DNA of 64,000 nucleotides from Minisyncoccia bacterium (GTDB lineage Bacteria > Patescibacteriota > Minisyncoccia > Phycocordibacterales > UBA918), in NCBI GenBank assembly GCA_964229335.1, contig CAXRCZ010000004.1, positions 32,001-96,000 on the forward strand, written 5' to 3'. The translations under genes were made by a program, and so were the position numbers. How positions within the stretch are numbered: position 1 is the stretch's first letter; each line of letters opens with the position of its first letter. The notes under the pieces are model-generated. The model was given only the letters and a program-made list of their open reading frames with translations. It had not been told where the DNA came from and did no database searches. Positions 9,099 through 18,412 of the stretch are shown in pieces.

Positions 9099-9271
9099 CT
9101 TGATAATTAGTTCCCATAACCAGAACAATGCTTCTGGTGGTTCTCTTCAATAAAGATTATATCTACCCGAATTTCGCGCCGTCGGGTGTGTTTTCGTAAC
9201 ATTAATTACTCTTGCGTATTGAGAAAGTAGGTGGGAGTATCGATTTTATGAAACTTAATTATAAAAATAAT

Positions 9272-11128
9272 ATGAACAAACTTAGAAAGTCTACACATAT
9301 TGCAGTAGCTGTTTTTGCAATTACAGCCATTGTATATGCTCCGTATGCCACTATTGCAGAAATGGTATCACCACAACCGGTTTCGGCACAAAGTCCAGCT
9401 GAAATAATGCTGGCTAACATGCAAAATGGTGGCGGTGCAGCTGCTGCTTCAAGCGCTGCTGCTAGTGCAGGTTCAACAAGTGCTGCTGCCGGTTCAGCCG
9501 CAGCCGCCGGCTCAGGTGCCGCAGCTGCTTCTGGAGCTGCCGCCTCAACTGGTTCTAGTAATCAAGGTTCAGGTGGAGCCGCTGCAGCCGCTGGTTCAGC
9601 CGCAGCCGCCGGCTCAGGTGCCGCAGCTGCTTCTGGAGCTGCCGCTTCTGCTGGTAGTGGTGCGTCCGCTAGTGCGGGAGCCTCCGCTGGTAGCGGAGCT
9701 TCAGCTGGAGCGAGCGCTGGATCAGGATCTGGTTCTTCATCCTCAACCTGTGTCATCAATGCAAGTAATACTACAGTGACCTATGGAGGAAGTACTACGC
9801 TGAATTGGGATGCTCCTGGCTATACTTCAATTACTATTAACGGAGACACTGTTTCTTCTGAATCTGGATCATTTACTGTTCGAGATATCACCACTACTCG
9901 TACTTACACCATTACTGCAGTCGCTGAAAGTTCATCTTGTAGCAGCAGCGTAACCATTATTTGTCTACCAGACGATGATGATGGATGTCGAAACGACTGT
10001 CCTACTCCAGACCCAGTCTTTACTTGTGCTAACAATGTTGATTTCTGGGCTAGCGACACTTCTATCGATGAAGGTGATCGCATAACTCTAAATTGGGACG
10101 TCGATCACGCTGATTCGGTATACATAAGCCGAATTAACCGAACTAGTTTCTCAGGTAGCGAATCTGTTCGACCAACTCGTGATACCACCTACACTCTCAC
10201 TGCTACCAAAGGTAGCCGAACCATCAACTGTCCAGTCTATGTAAATGTAGACGAAGACCGTGATGATAGAGACCGTGACCGTGATAATGATCGTGATCGA
10301 TATTCTCTACGTTGTGATCTTGATATTTCTGACCGAACCATCAAGCGTGGTGACACAATCCGACTAAGTTGGGATACTCGTGACGGACGAGACGTGACCA
10401 TTGAAGATGATCGTGGAAGAACTGTAGTCCGAAATGCTGATGATGAAGGATCAATCCGACTACGACCAACCCGTGACACTGAATACACTTTGATTGTTGA
10501 ACGAGGTTCAGATGATCGTGAATGTTCTGTAGAAGTAGAAGTAGAAGGAGGAGACGAAGTATTCGTCACTGAGATTCGTGACCAAAAACCACTAGTAGCC
10601 GGTATTGCTCTTAGTCAAGTACCTTACACTGGTTTTGAAGCTGGTCCGTTTATGACCTTCCTATTTTACGCAGCGCTGGTAGCTTGGGCAGCTTACATGG
10701 CTTACTTGCTAGTAGTACGTAAGCGAACTGTAGCTGGTCCTAGTGCTCACTTGGCTACTCCATCTACTATTGATGAGATTCCTAGTGGATCTACCCATCA
10801 AGGAATCAAAAGCATGGAAGCTGCCACGATTGCTCGACCTGATGTATTTCACTCAACAGCAACTCCTGAGGTGGCCGAATCTGGTGTGCCAAGCAATCTT
10901 CCGACCGGAACCATCGAAAACTTAGTGACTGACTTGGAAAACCGAGCGCACGCTCAAAAAGCCTTGCTTTCAAGCGACGCTTTGCAACACTTCCTTTCTG
11001 TTACAGAAGGAGAGGTAGCACGCCACGAATTACTTGATCAAGTGATTACCATGGCTAAGCAAAACTATCCTCTAGAAGATGGTTGGGTAGTGCTGAACGA
11101 AGACCGAATCAAAAATATTTTGAACTAA
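9272..11128 (+). CDS. Putative sortase substrate: signal peptide, Ala/Gly/Ser low-complexity block, three Cys-containing Ig-like repeats, VPYTG + TM + RKR, long C-terminal tail
   Basis: Repeated TL.W...V.I...G...V.PT..T.YTL units; VPYTG at 10619-10633 followed by a hydrophobic helix and RKR. Start uncertain (9248 or 9272). Confidence 0.75.
   Translation: MNKLRKSTHIAVAVFAITAIVYAPYATIAEMVSPQPVSAQSPAEIMLANMQNGGGAAAASSAAASAGSTSAAAGSAAAAGSGAAAASGAAASTGSSNQGSGGAAAAAGSAAAAGSGAAAASGAAASAGSGASASAGASAGSGASAGASAGSGSGSSSSTCVINASNTTVTYGGSTTLNWDAPGYTSITINGDTVSSESGSFTVRDITTTRTYTITAVAESSSCSSSVTIICLPDDDDGCRNDCPTPDPVFTCANNVDFWASDTSIDEGDRITLNWDVDHADSVYISRINRTSFSGSESVRPTRDTTYTLTATKGSRTINCPVYVNVDEDRDDRDRDRDNDRDRYSLRCDLDISDRTIKRGDTIRLSWDTRDGRDVTIEDDRGRTVVRNADDEGSIRLRPTRDTEYTLIVERGSDDRECSVEVEVEGGDEVFVTEIRDQKPLVAGIALSQVPYTGFEAGPFMTFLFYAALVAWAAYMAYLLVVRKRTVAGPSAHLATPSTIDEIPSGSTHQGIKSMEAATIARPDVFHSTATPEVAESGVPSNLPTGTIENLVTDLENRAHAQKALLSSDALQHFLSVTEGEVARHELLDQVITMAKQNYPLEDGWVVLNEDRIKNILN
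9491..9645 (+). repeat. 53-bp perfect direct repeat (period 102 bp) in the Ala/Gly/Ser block
   Basis: 9491-9543 is identical to 9593-9645. Confidence 0.9.
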
Positions 11129-11140
11129 TCCGTTAGTTCT

Positions 11141-11180
11141 TACCAAAAACGCCGCGCTCTAGAGCGCGGCGTTTTTGGTA
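11141..11180. terminator. Bidirectional terminator, 40-bp perfect palindrome
   Basis: taccaaaaacgccgcgctct|agagcgcggcgtttttggta between convergent genes. Confidence 0.88.
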
Positions 11181-11196
11181 GCTACTCTATGTAGCA

Positions 11197-12954
11197 TTAC
11201 TGGCGAGTTTCTTCTGTAAACTTGTTCACTGCGTCTGCAACGGTCATTTCTTTAGATTCTTCTCCAGTGCGTGATTCTACAGTAATGGTTCCATCAGCCA
11301 TTTCCTTATCACCGACAACAATAAAGTATGGCAATTTGGCGGTCTTTACCTTGCGGATTTTTTTACCCATACTTTCGTCTGAGTCATCAAGCTCTACGCG
11401 AATATCTGCCGCTTGTAGAGCTTTGACAACTTCCTCTGCGTACTCACGGTGACTTTCTGCTACAGGGATTACTCGCATCTGGACTGGTGAGAGCCATAGT
11501 GGGAATGCTCCGGCATAGTGCTCAATCATTATCGCCATAAAACGTTCCAGAGAACCAGCCACTGCGCGGTGAATCATCACTGGAGTTTGTTTGCTCCCGT
11601 CCTTATCGGTGTATTCGAGATTAAATCGTTTAGGCATAACGAAATCTATTTGGATAGTCGCTAATTGGCGCTCACGTCCTAGCGCATCAGTAAACATAAA
11701 GTCTAACTTTGGCCCATAAAACGCCGCTTCGCCCTCCATGCGAGTAGCATTGAGGTTCATATCGTCTGATACTTCTTGCAGGTACTGTTCGGCTTCGTTC
11801 CAGCTAGCTTCATCTCCCAAATATTTTTCAGGAGTCTGTGGATCACGGACTGAAAGTGATACCCAAAATGTCTCACCTTCCTGCCAAAGGTCAAACTTGG
11901 TGTAAAACTCTTTAATGATATTTACAATCGTAACCGCTTCTTCTTTGATTTGATCCTTTCGACAAAATACATGTGCGTCGTCAATCGCAATTGAGCGTAC
12001 TCTTCCTAGTCCGGCCAGTTGTCCAGGTTTTTCGTCGCGGTACATATGCGTCACTTCTGCCATCTTGATTGGCAAATCACGGTAACTGCGCGGTGAAGAA
12101 GTGTAGATTTGTGTGTGATGCGGGCAATTCATTGGTTTCATCACAAAATCATCACCACTCTGGGCACCGTGTACATAGAAGAATTCATCTTTAAACTTTT
12201 CAGCGTGTCCGCTGGTGTTGTAGAGATCAATTTTAGTAATGTGTGGGATTTCTACTTTTTGATAGCCTTGCTTCTTTGACAAATCCCACAAGAGATCCTT
12301 TATCGCCTCTCTCATCAATTGGCCTTTGGGTGTATATAGTGGTAAGCCGGGACCAACTAACTCAGAAAAAGTGAACAAGTCGAGTTCTTTACCAATTTTT
12401 CGATGATCTCGCTTTCTAGCTTCTTCAACTTGTAGTTCGTATGCTTCTAAGTCCTCTTTGCTAGCAAAGGCTAAGCCGTAAATACGGGTTAGCATGGGAT
12501 TGTCTTCACTTCCTCTCCAATAGGCACCAGCAATGCGATCAAGTTTGAAGGCTGTAGGGTCGAGTTCTTGTTTTGGATGCTCACAGTGTCCGCCGCGACA
12601 TAAATCAGTGAAATCACCACAGGTATACAGAGTGATTGACTCACCCTTGGCTGCTATTTCCTCTATGAGTTCAAGTTTGTACGGATTACCTTTGTATAGT
12701 TCAGCTGCCTCGTCTTTGGAAACTTCACGATGAGTAAACTCGTCCCATTTGTTGAGGAGTTTTTTCATGGTCTTTTGAAGATTTTTTAAATCTGCTTCTC
12801 CTGGCGCATCTCCATCAGCGAAATCTATATCATAATAAAAGCCAGTTTCGATTGCTGGACCAAGGGTTAGTTTGGCCTTTGGGTAGTGTTCCAGCACAGC
12901 TGCAGCCAGCAGGTGAGCTAGGGTATGACGTTTATGTTCTAGTTGTGTTTCCAT
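11197..12954 (-). CDS. thrS: Threonine--tRNA ligase (short form lacking the TGS domain)
   Basis: RHTLAH and DLCRGGH (editing domain), RDHRKIG, KPMNCPHH, EAAFYGPKLD, MIHRA..GSLERF. Confidence 0.97.
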   Translation of the reverse strand: METQLEHKRHTLAHLLAAAVLEHYPKAKLTLGPAIETGFYYDIDFADGDAPGEADLKNLQKTMKKLLNKWDEFTHREVSKDEAAELYKGNPYKLELIEEIAAKGESITLYTCGDFTDLCRGGHCEHPKQELDPTAFKLDRIAGAYWRGSEDNPMLTRIYGLAFASKEDLEAYELQVEEARKRDHRKIGKELDLFTFSELVGPGLPLYTPKGQLMREAIKDLLWDLSKKQGYQKVEIPHITKIDLYNTSGHAEKFKDEFFYVHGAQSGDDFVMKPMNCPHHTQIYTSSPRSYRDLPIKMAEVTHMYRDEKPGQLAGLGRVRSIAIDDAHVFCRKDQIKEEAVTIVNIIKEFYTKFDLWQEGETFWVSLSVRDPQTPEKYLGDEASWNEAEQYLQEVSDDMNLNATRMEGEAAFYGPKLDFMFTDALGRERQLATIQIDFVMPKRFNLEYTDKDGSKQTPVMIHRAVAGSLERFMAIMIEHYAGAFPLWLSPVQMRVIPVAESHREYAEEVVKALQAADIRVELDDSDESMGKKIRKVKTAKLPYFIVVGDKEMADGTITVESRTGEESKEMTVADAVNKFTEETRQ

Positions 12955-12964
12955 AAGGTGTAAT

Positions 12965-13137
12965 TAAATTGCCCGCGCAAAAACAAGAGGCTTCTTGTTT
13001 TTGCGCGGGCGATCTACGCCGCGGTTCCACCGCGCTTCCGAGCTAGTACTCGGCACTCATAATTTCAGATTAGGGAGCATGCTCCGCCTAGCCACAAATC
13101 GGCAAGCTAATGGTTGGTAGCCACTACAATCTCTGAT
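12965..13137 (-). promoter_or_regulatory. Compact T-box riboswitch leader of thrS
   Basis: Antiterminator GCGCGG-UGGAACC-GCG...CGC-CCGCGC (13035-13003); overlapping 18-bp terminator stem (13010-12971); stem III CCGAG/CUCGG; ACC in a hairpin loop at 13118-13116. Confidence 0.85.
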
Positions 13138-13143
13138 ATGTAA

Positions 13144-13172
13144 ATCGTATAGGGGGGAGTGAGATTTGTCAA
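13144..13172 (-). promoter_or_regulatory. Sigma70 promoter of the thrS leader
   Basis: TTGACA-17 nt-TACGAT on the minus strand. Confidence 0.85.
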
Positions 13173-13178
13173 AAGGAA

Positions 13179-13203
13179 AACCGCGTCATGTGAAGACGCG
13201 GTT
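13179..13203 (-). terminator. Intrinsic terminator
   Basis: aaccgcgtc/gacgcggtt stem followed by TTCCTTTT on the minus strand. Confidence 0.7.
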
Positions 13204-13227
13204 GACCTATATTGTGTATAGGTTTCC

Positions 13228-13596
13228 TCATTTAAACCAAATATCGTGTACGACACAGGGTCCGATAATGAAGCCTGGAATATTATCGGCACCATCCACG
13301 ACTAACTGCGAGAACCCAAGTTGACAAGGTTTTCCTTTCTTGATTTTAACTAGTTTAAGTTTTGGTTCAATCTGTTCGAACAAAATTTTCTCTATTTGCT
13401 CAGTTACTGAGACTTGATTTGAGAAGTCCAATTCTACTTTTATAGGATTGAGATCACTCTCGGAAAGTAGTATATGTGGATGGTTTCCTTGAAAAAGAAC
13501 AATTCTCTCACCATTTGATCTTGAAAATGAGAGTAAAATATGTGCCGAACTCCTGGTGGATAAGACGAGTCGTGGTGAACTTAGAATTATAGACAT
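13228..13596 (-). CDS. Hypothetical protein
   Basis: 122-aa ORF filling the gap after dnaE; GGAAGGA upstream of ATG; own terminator. Confidence 0.6.
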   Translation of the reverse strand: MSIILSSPRLVLSTRSSAHILLSFSRSNGERIVLFQGNHPHILLSESDLNPIKVELDFSNQVSVTEQIEKILFEQIEPKLKLVKIKKGKPCQLGFSQLVVDGADNIPGFIIGPCVVHDIWFK

Positions 13597-13643
13597 TACT
13601 AAATCCTTCCAAAAATGGCGATTGTGAATCGATACTAGCTAAA

Positions 13644-16600
13644 TTACTCTACTGAGGCAAGTTTTTTTATACGATCAATCAAGATGCTCGGCTCGTCATT
13701 TCTGATGTTTAGCTTGCCTTTTAGAGCGATGCAAGTTCCTGGTACTAAGAGGTCTTTATGTTTTTGGTACACCTCAGGAAAAGTGACGGTTTCAATAGTG
13801 TCTGTCTTGTTAGCAATTTGTACAAAGGCCATTCGGTCACCTTTTTTGGTTAGCAACTCCTTTACTGACGCAATCATGCCAGCTGTAACTACTGGCACTC
13901 CTTTTCGTCCATCTTCTTTAATGGTGGTAATAGACGGACGTTTGTTCACCTCATCTTCAAACTGATCTAAAGGATGTCCTGATACATAGACGCCGAGTAG
14001 TTCTTTTTCCCATATCAGTTTTTGAGCAATTGGTATAGGTTCACTAGGGGAGAGGGTCAATCCAGCTACTTCTTGCACTCCACCAAAGAGAGAATCTTGA
14101 TTTGATTCTTTGCCCGCATGGTATTCCTTATTAAAGGCCAATAAGTTTTCCAGATTATTGTAGAGCATTCCACGACGCTCAAATGCATCAAATGCGCCAG
14201 CACAAATCAGCGCTTCCAGAGATTTTTTGTTTAGATTGCGGTCATGAATTCGAACCAAAAAATCTTCTAGTGATTTATATGGCCCGTTCTTTTTTCTCTC
14301 TTCTACAATAGTTTCGGTAATAGCTGAACCAAAGTTCTTGATTGTCTCCAACCCAAATCTAATAGTGGTTTGACCAGGAACTACTGAGAAGTCTGCAAAT
14401 GATTCATTGATATCTGGCGGTAACACTTCAATTCCCATTCGTTCACATTCACGAATAATTTCAGAAATTTTTTCTGTATCACCAGAGTCAGCGGTCAATA
14501 CAGCTGACATATACTCGACCGGAAAATTGGCCTTCATATATGCTGTTTGGTAAGCGACTCGACCGTAACTAGCAGCATGAGCTTTGTTAAAACCGTACGC
14601 GGCGAAGGGTTCAATCAGCGCCCAAAGTTCTTCAGTCTTAGCTTTGCTCATACCATTTTTTTCAAGACCCTCGAGCAACTTATCTTTTTCTGCCGCCATT
14701 ACTTCTGGAATCTTTTTCCCCATCGCTTTACGCAATTTGTCAGCTTCTAGCCAAGAGTATCCAGCCAGCTTGATGGAAATCATCATCACGTCATCCTGAT
14801 AGGTAATCACCCCATATGAGCGCTCAAGAATTTCTTCCATGCGCGGGTCAAGGTATGACACTAATGTGGGGTTATGTTTTCGTTCGATATACTTTGGAAT
14901 CGATTCCATCGGACCTGGACGATATAGCGCTACCATCGCGTTGATGTCGTAGATAGTGGTTGGTTTTAGTTGTTTCAAGAATGAGGTCATTCCAGAACCA
15001 TTGAGCTGGAAGAGACCCATGGTTTCACCCTTGGCGAGGATTTCAAAGGTTTGTTTATCGTCAAGAGGGATATTTTCTATATCAATCTCGATATCTCTAA
15101 TCTTCCGCACACGTTTAACTGAGTCAGCCAAGATAGCTAAGTTTTTGATACCAAGGAAATCAAATTTCAACAGCCCCACGCCGTCTTCTCCTACACTGTG
15201 CATTTCGTACTGAGTGATAAACTTTCCGCTCTTGGGATCGGGTTGAATCGGCACGATTTGATTGAGTGGTTCAGGTGAAATCACTACACCAGCAGCGTGT
15301 ACTCCAAGATGACGTACCCGACCCTCGATTTGTTTCGCGAGGTCAATTACTTCCCGAGACTCAGCGTCCTTTCGGTATAGTTCTTTTAAGTCTGGTTCTA
15401 TTTCTAGAGCTTTATCAATCGTCATCGGGAAACCTTGGCTCCCCATCGGAATCAATTTAGCGATTCTGTCCCCGGTAGAGTAGGAGTGACCGAGAGCTCG
15501 AGCCACATCACGTACAGCCGCTCGAGCCATCATGGTTCCGAAAGTACCAATCTGAGCGACGTTATCAGCGCCGTATTTTTCTTTAGCATACTCTATGATT
15601 TCATCGCGCCGGTTATCAGCAAAGTCCATATCAATATCTGGTGCAGATGGTCGTTCGGGATTCAAAAACCGTTCAAAAGGTAGACGATACTCCAGAGGGT
15701 CTACGTTCGTAATACCGAGTACATAGGTAGTCAAAGAACCAGCCACAGAACCGCGGATAGTGGTCAAAATTTTTCTTTCCCGAGCTTCACGCAAGAGATC
15801 ACCCACCACCAAGAAATATTTGGCATAGCCTTTCATTTTGATTACTCCAAGTTCGTAGTCGAGGCGTTCTTTTACAGCTGGGTCATCGAGCGATAGACCA
15901 CGCCACGTCACTCCCTTGTAGGCAGTGTCATGCAGTTCATCGTCCGGCGCTTTGCCGCTGGCGATAGGGTATTCAGGGAATTTCCACGCCTCGGCTCCCA
16001 GCGGGATTTCCACATTGCATTGCTCGGCGACTTTGACGGTATTGGCTAGTGCTTCGGGATGGTCTATGAACCAGTCTTTCATTTCAGCTTGTGTAGTGAA
16101 AGAAAAGTTTTCGCTACTAGCACGATCATCACTAGTGTCTACCACGCCACCGTTCTGGATTTTGACCATGGTCTCACGAGCGGTGCGGTCGCCTGGCTTG
16201 AGGTAGTACACATCGTGCGCTGCAATCAGTGGGATATTGGTTTCTTTTGCTAATTTGATGATTCGCTGCTGGTTTTCTTCGTGGTCAAATATTTCTGGAT
16301 GATGTGATATTTCTAGGTAACAATCGTCTTTAAAAATTCGCTTATACCAATCAAGACGCTCAGCTGCTTGGCTTTGATTACGGTCTTTGAGTGCACGAGC
16401 AATTTCTCCGGCAAAAGAGGGGATAATACAGATAAGATCCTCGTGCAGCTCTTCAAGCAATTCATCATCTATCCGCGGACGATAGTAAAACCCTTCCAGG
16501 TTTGAGCGTGTAACTAACTTGATGAGATTTTGATAGCCAGTGAACGTTTTTGCGAGGAGTACCACTCGGGCTCTTGGCTTGTCTATATTTACCTCCTTAT

Positions 16601-16841
16601 CAAAGCGGGTTCTGGGCGCTAGGTGCGCGTCAATCCCGATGATTGGCTTGATACCTTCTTTGGTGCAGGCTTTATAAAAATCAATCGCACCATAAAGTGC
16701 ACCATTGTCAGTAATAGCCAGAGCTGGTTGTCCATCAGCTTTAGCCGCTGCCGCCAGCTCTTTAGGGGTCGGTAGCGCATTTAAGAGTGAGTAATGCGAG
16801 TGGACGTGCAAATGGATAAAATCAGCCTGAAGTTTCGACAT
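13644..16841 (-). CDS. dnaE: DNA polymerase III alpha subunit
   Basis: PHP HLHVHS..YSLL, RGSVAGS, PDIDMDF, KFDFLG, YGFNKAH, C-terminal OB fold; start at ATG 16841 (TATACT 7 nt upstream). Confidence 0.97.
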   Translation of the reverse strand: MSKLQADFIHLHVHSHYSLLNALPTPKELAAAAKADGQPALAITDNGALYGAIDFYKACTKEGIKPIIGIDAHLAPRTRFDKEVNIDKPRARVVLLAKTFTGYQNLIKLVTRSNLEGFYYRPRIDDELLEELHEDLICIIPSFAGEIARALKDRNQSQAAERLDWYKRIFKDDCYLEISHHPEIFDHEENQQRIIKLAKETNIPLIAAHDVYYLKPGDRTARETMVKIQNGGVVDTSDDRASSENFSFTTQAEMKDWFIDHPEALANTVKVAEQCNVEIPLGAEAWKFPEYPIASGKAPDDELHDTAYKGVTWRGLSLDDPAVKERLDYELGVIKMKGYAKYFLVVGDLLREARERKILTTIRGSVAGSLTTYVLGITNVDPLEYRLPFERFLNPERPSAPDIDMDFADNRRDEIIEYAKEKYGADNVAQIGTFGTMMARAAVRDVARALGHSYSTGDRIAKLIPMGSQGFPMTIDKALEIEPDLKELYRKDAESREVIDLAKQIEGRVRHLGVHAAGVVISPEPLNQIVPIQPDPKSGKFITQYEMHSVGEDGVGLLKFDFLGIKNLAILADSVKRVRKIRDIEIDIENIPLDDKQTFEILAKGETMGLFQLNGSGMTSFLKQLKPTTIYDINAMVALYRPGPMESIPKYIERKHNPTLVSYLDPRMEEILERSYGVITYQDDVMMISIKLAGYSWLEADKLRKAMGKKIPEVMAAEKDKLLEGLEKNGMSKAKTEELWALIEPFAAYGFNKAHAASYGRVAYQTAYMKANFPVEYMSAVLTADSGDTEKISEIIRECERMGIEVLPPDINESFADFSVVPGQTTIRFGLETIKNFGSAITETIVEERKKNGPYKSLEDFLVRIHDRNLNKKSLEALICAGAFDAFERRGMLYNNLENLLAFNKEYHAGKESNQDSLFGGVQEVAGLTLSPSEPIPIAQKLIWEKELLGVYVSGHPLDQFEDEVNKRPSITTIKEDGRKGVPVVTAGMIASVKELLTKKGDRMAFVQIANKTDTIETVTFPEVYQKHKDLLVPGTCIALKGKLNIRNDEPSILIDRIKKLASVE

Positions 16842-16900
16842 TTGCATCAGTATAACAAATCATAGAAATCTCTCATTCTAGCTGTGATATCTTGGTGGTT

Positions 16901-17491
16901 ATGGAATATCTGGTAGGTATAGATGAGGCGGGTAGAGGTCCACTAGCGGGGCCGGTGGCCGTGGGAGTGGTAAAGGTGGCAAACGATTTTGATTGGAATC
17001 AATGTCCCGGTGTGCACGATAGTAAACAATTGTCTCCAAAACAGCGCCGTGAAATATATAAATGTACACAAATACTGAAAAAAGCAGGGGAGTTGGATTT
17101 TGCTGTTGCTATGGTTGGAGCCAAAATAATTGATAGAACAGGGATTGTGTCAGCCATAAGAGTAGCTATGCAGCGGGCTATTAAACGACTGGAACTGTCG
17201 CCCAATGAAGCATTCATAAAACTGGATGGAGGACTATATGCACCCGTCGAGTTTTCTCAATCAACCATTATAAAAGGCGACCAATCCGAGAAGGAAATAG
17301 GGCTGGCTTCAATTATGGCCAAAGAAACTCGTGACGCATATATGTGCCGCAAAGCTATTCGCTTTCCAGCCTATGATTTTGCAACCCACAAAGGCTATGG
17401 GACCAAGTTTCATAGACAAGTAATCAAGGAGTGGGGATTATGTGTTGAACACAGGCATACCTTTTGTCGTGGTTGCATAAATGCTGAATGA
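16901..17491 (+). CDS. rnhB: Ribonuclease HII
   Basis: GIDEAGRGPLAGPV, DSKQL, DG, KGD, ASIMAK, HKGYGT. Confidence 0.96.
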   Translation: MEYLVGIDEAGRGPLAGPVAVGVVKVANDFDWNQCPGVHDSKQLSPKQRREIYKCTQILKKAGELDFAVAMVGAKIIDRTGIVSAIRVAMQRAIKRLELSPNEAFIKLDGGLYAPVEFSQSTIIKGDQSEKEIGLASIMAKETRDAYMCRKAIRFPAYDFATHKGYGTKFHRQVIKEWGLCVEHRHTFCRGCINAE

Positions 17492-17557
17492 ATGTTTTAA
17501 TACTTTCTGCCAAAGGAATCCCTAACACTCTTGAAACACTTGTTCTTTGAGGGATTT

Positions 17558-17899
17558 ATGGCAAAACTGCTTTGTTTAAAATGCGTCAAATGCAATGGTC
17601 TGACTCCTGCAGGTAGCGACTGCAGTGCAGCTGGGACTGTTGTGACTCCTGTTGCTCGACACCAAGTTGAGGACGGTCGTTACGAAAATTGCATGTGGCG
17701 CAAACCCAGAGCGAGTTCGTCAATTGAGCTTAAACTGGTTAATCTCATAGTTCGACTTTTCGAGAATTATGACGCAGAAACCGGTCCGCGAGATTGTCGA
17801 AAACAACTCAATCGTCGTGAGGTGGCAGAGATCGAGGCGCAAGTGCGCAAGGATAAGCAACCACTCGAAGAGGTCGCTCTCCTCGAGCTAGCGGCATAG
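17558..17899 (+). CDS. Hypothetical Cys-rich protein, possibly metal-binding
   Basis: CLKCVKC...C...H...C; GAGGG upstream of ATG 17558; own terminator. Confidence 0.6.
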   Translation: MAKLLCLKCVKCNGLTPAGSDCSAAGTVVTPVARHQVEDGRYENCMWRKPRASSSIELKLVNLIVRLFENYDAETGPRDCRKQLNRREVAEIEAQVRKDKQPLEEVALLELAA

Positions 17900-17915
17900 G
17901 CCGAACATGACGTAC

Positions 17916-17943
17916 AAGGGTCGCCGGGCAACTGGCGACCCTT
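17916..17943 (+). terminator. Intrinsic terminator
   Basis: aagggtcgccgg-gcaa-ctggcgaccctt (GNRA loop). Confidence 0.75.
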
Positions 17944-17986
17944 TCCTATTGCTTTTTTAAATGATTTTGCTATAGTTTTGCGCACT

Positions 17987-18307
17987 ATGGTAATACGAAT
18001 GCGACATACGCGGTCTCACACTGGAAACCGCCGCTCACATCACGCGCTCAAGGAGCCAACGCTCTCTGTGTGTAGTAATTGTGATGCCAAACATCGTCCT
18101 CATCACATGTGTCTAGAATGTGGTTTTTATAAAGGTCGGCTAGTCATGGATATGGCTGCCAAGAAGAAAGCTCGCGAAGAACGCCTACAAGCTAAGCGAG
18201 AAGCTATCAAGGCCGAAGCGGCCCAAATGGCAGAACAAGCAGAAGAACCTACCGAAGCTTCAGTTGAACCAGAATCTACAGAAGAAACAACCGAAGAGAA
18301 AAAATAA
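17987..18307 (+). CDS. rpmF: 50S ribosomal protein L32 with acidic C-terminal extension
   Basis: RHTRSHTGNRRSHHAL, CSNC...HHMCLECGFYKG zinc ribbon. Confidence 0.93.
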   Translation: MVIRMRHTRSHTGNRRSHHALKEPTLSVCSNCDAKHRPHHMCLECGFYKGRLVMDMAAKKKAREERLQAKREAIKAEAAQMAEQAEEPTEASVEPESTEETTEEKK

Positions 18308-18344
18308 CCACAAAGATACGACCCGCTGGGTCGTATCTTTGTGG
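18308..18344 (+). terminator. Terminator-like 17-bp perfect hairpin
   Basis: ccacaaagatacgaccc-gct-gggtcgtatctttgtgg directly after the rpmF stop. Confidence 0.7.
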
Positions 18345-18412
18345 ATTCTCTGGTTTTCTGGGTAGCTTCGAATGCTACACTGAACTCAGTATCGGCACGT
18401 TAGTACTTTTTT

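Noticed and set aside
10895-10912. Second sorting signal NLPTGT in the surface protein
   Set aside because: It is LPTG rather than LPxTG, lies after the TM helix and has no following hydrophobic segment
13107-13295. 62-aa ORF upstream of thrS
   Set aside because: Runs through a terminator, the thrS promoter and the T-box 5' domain
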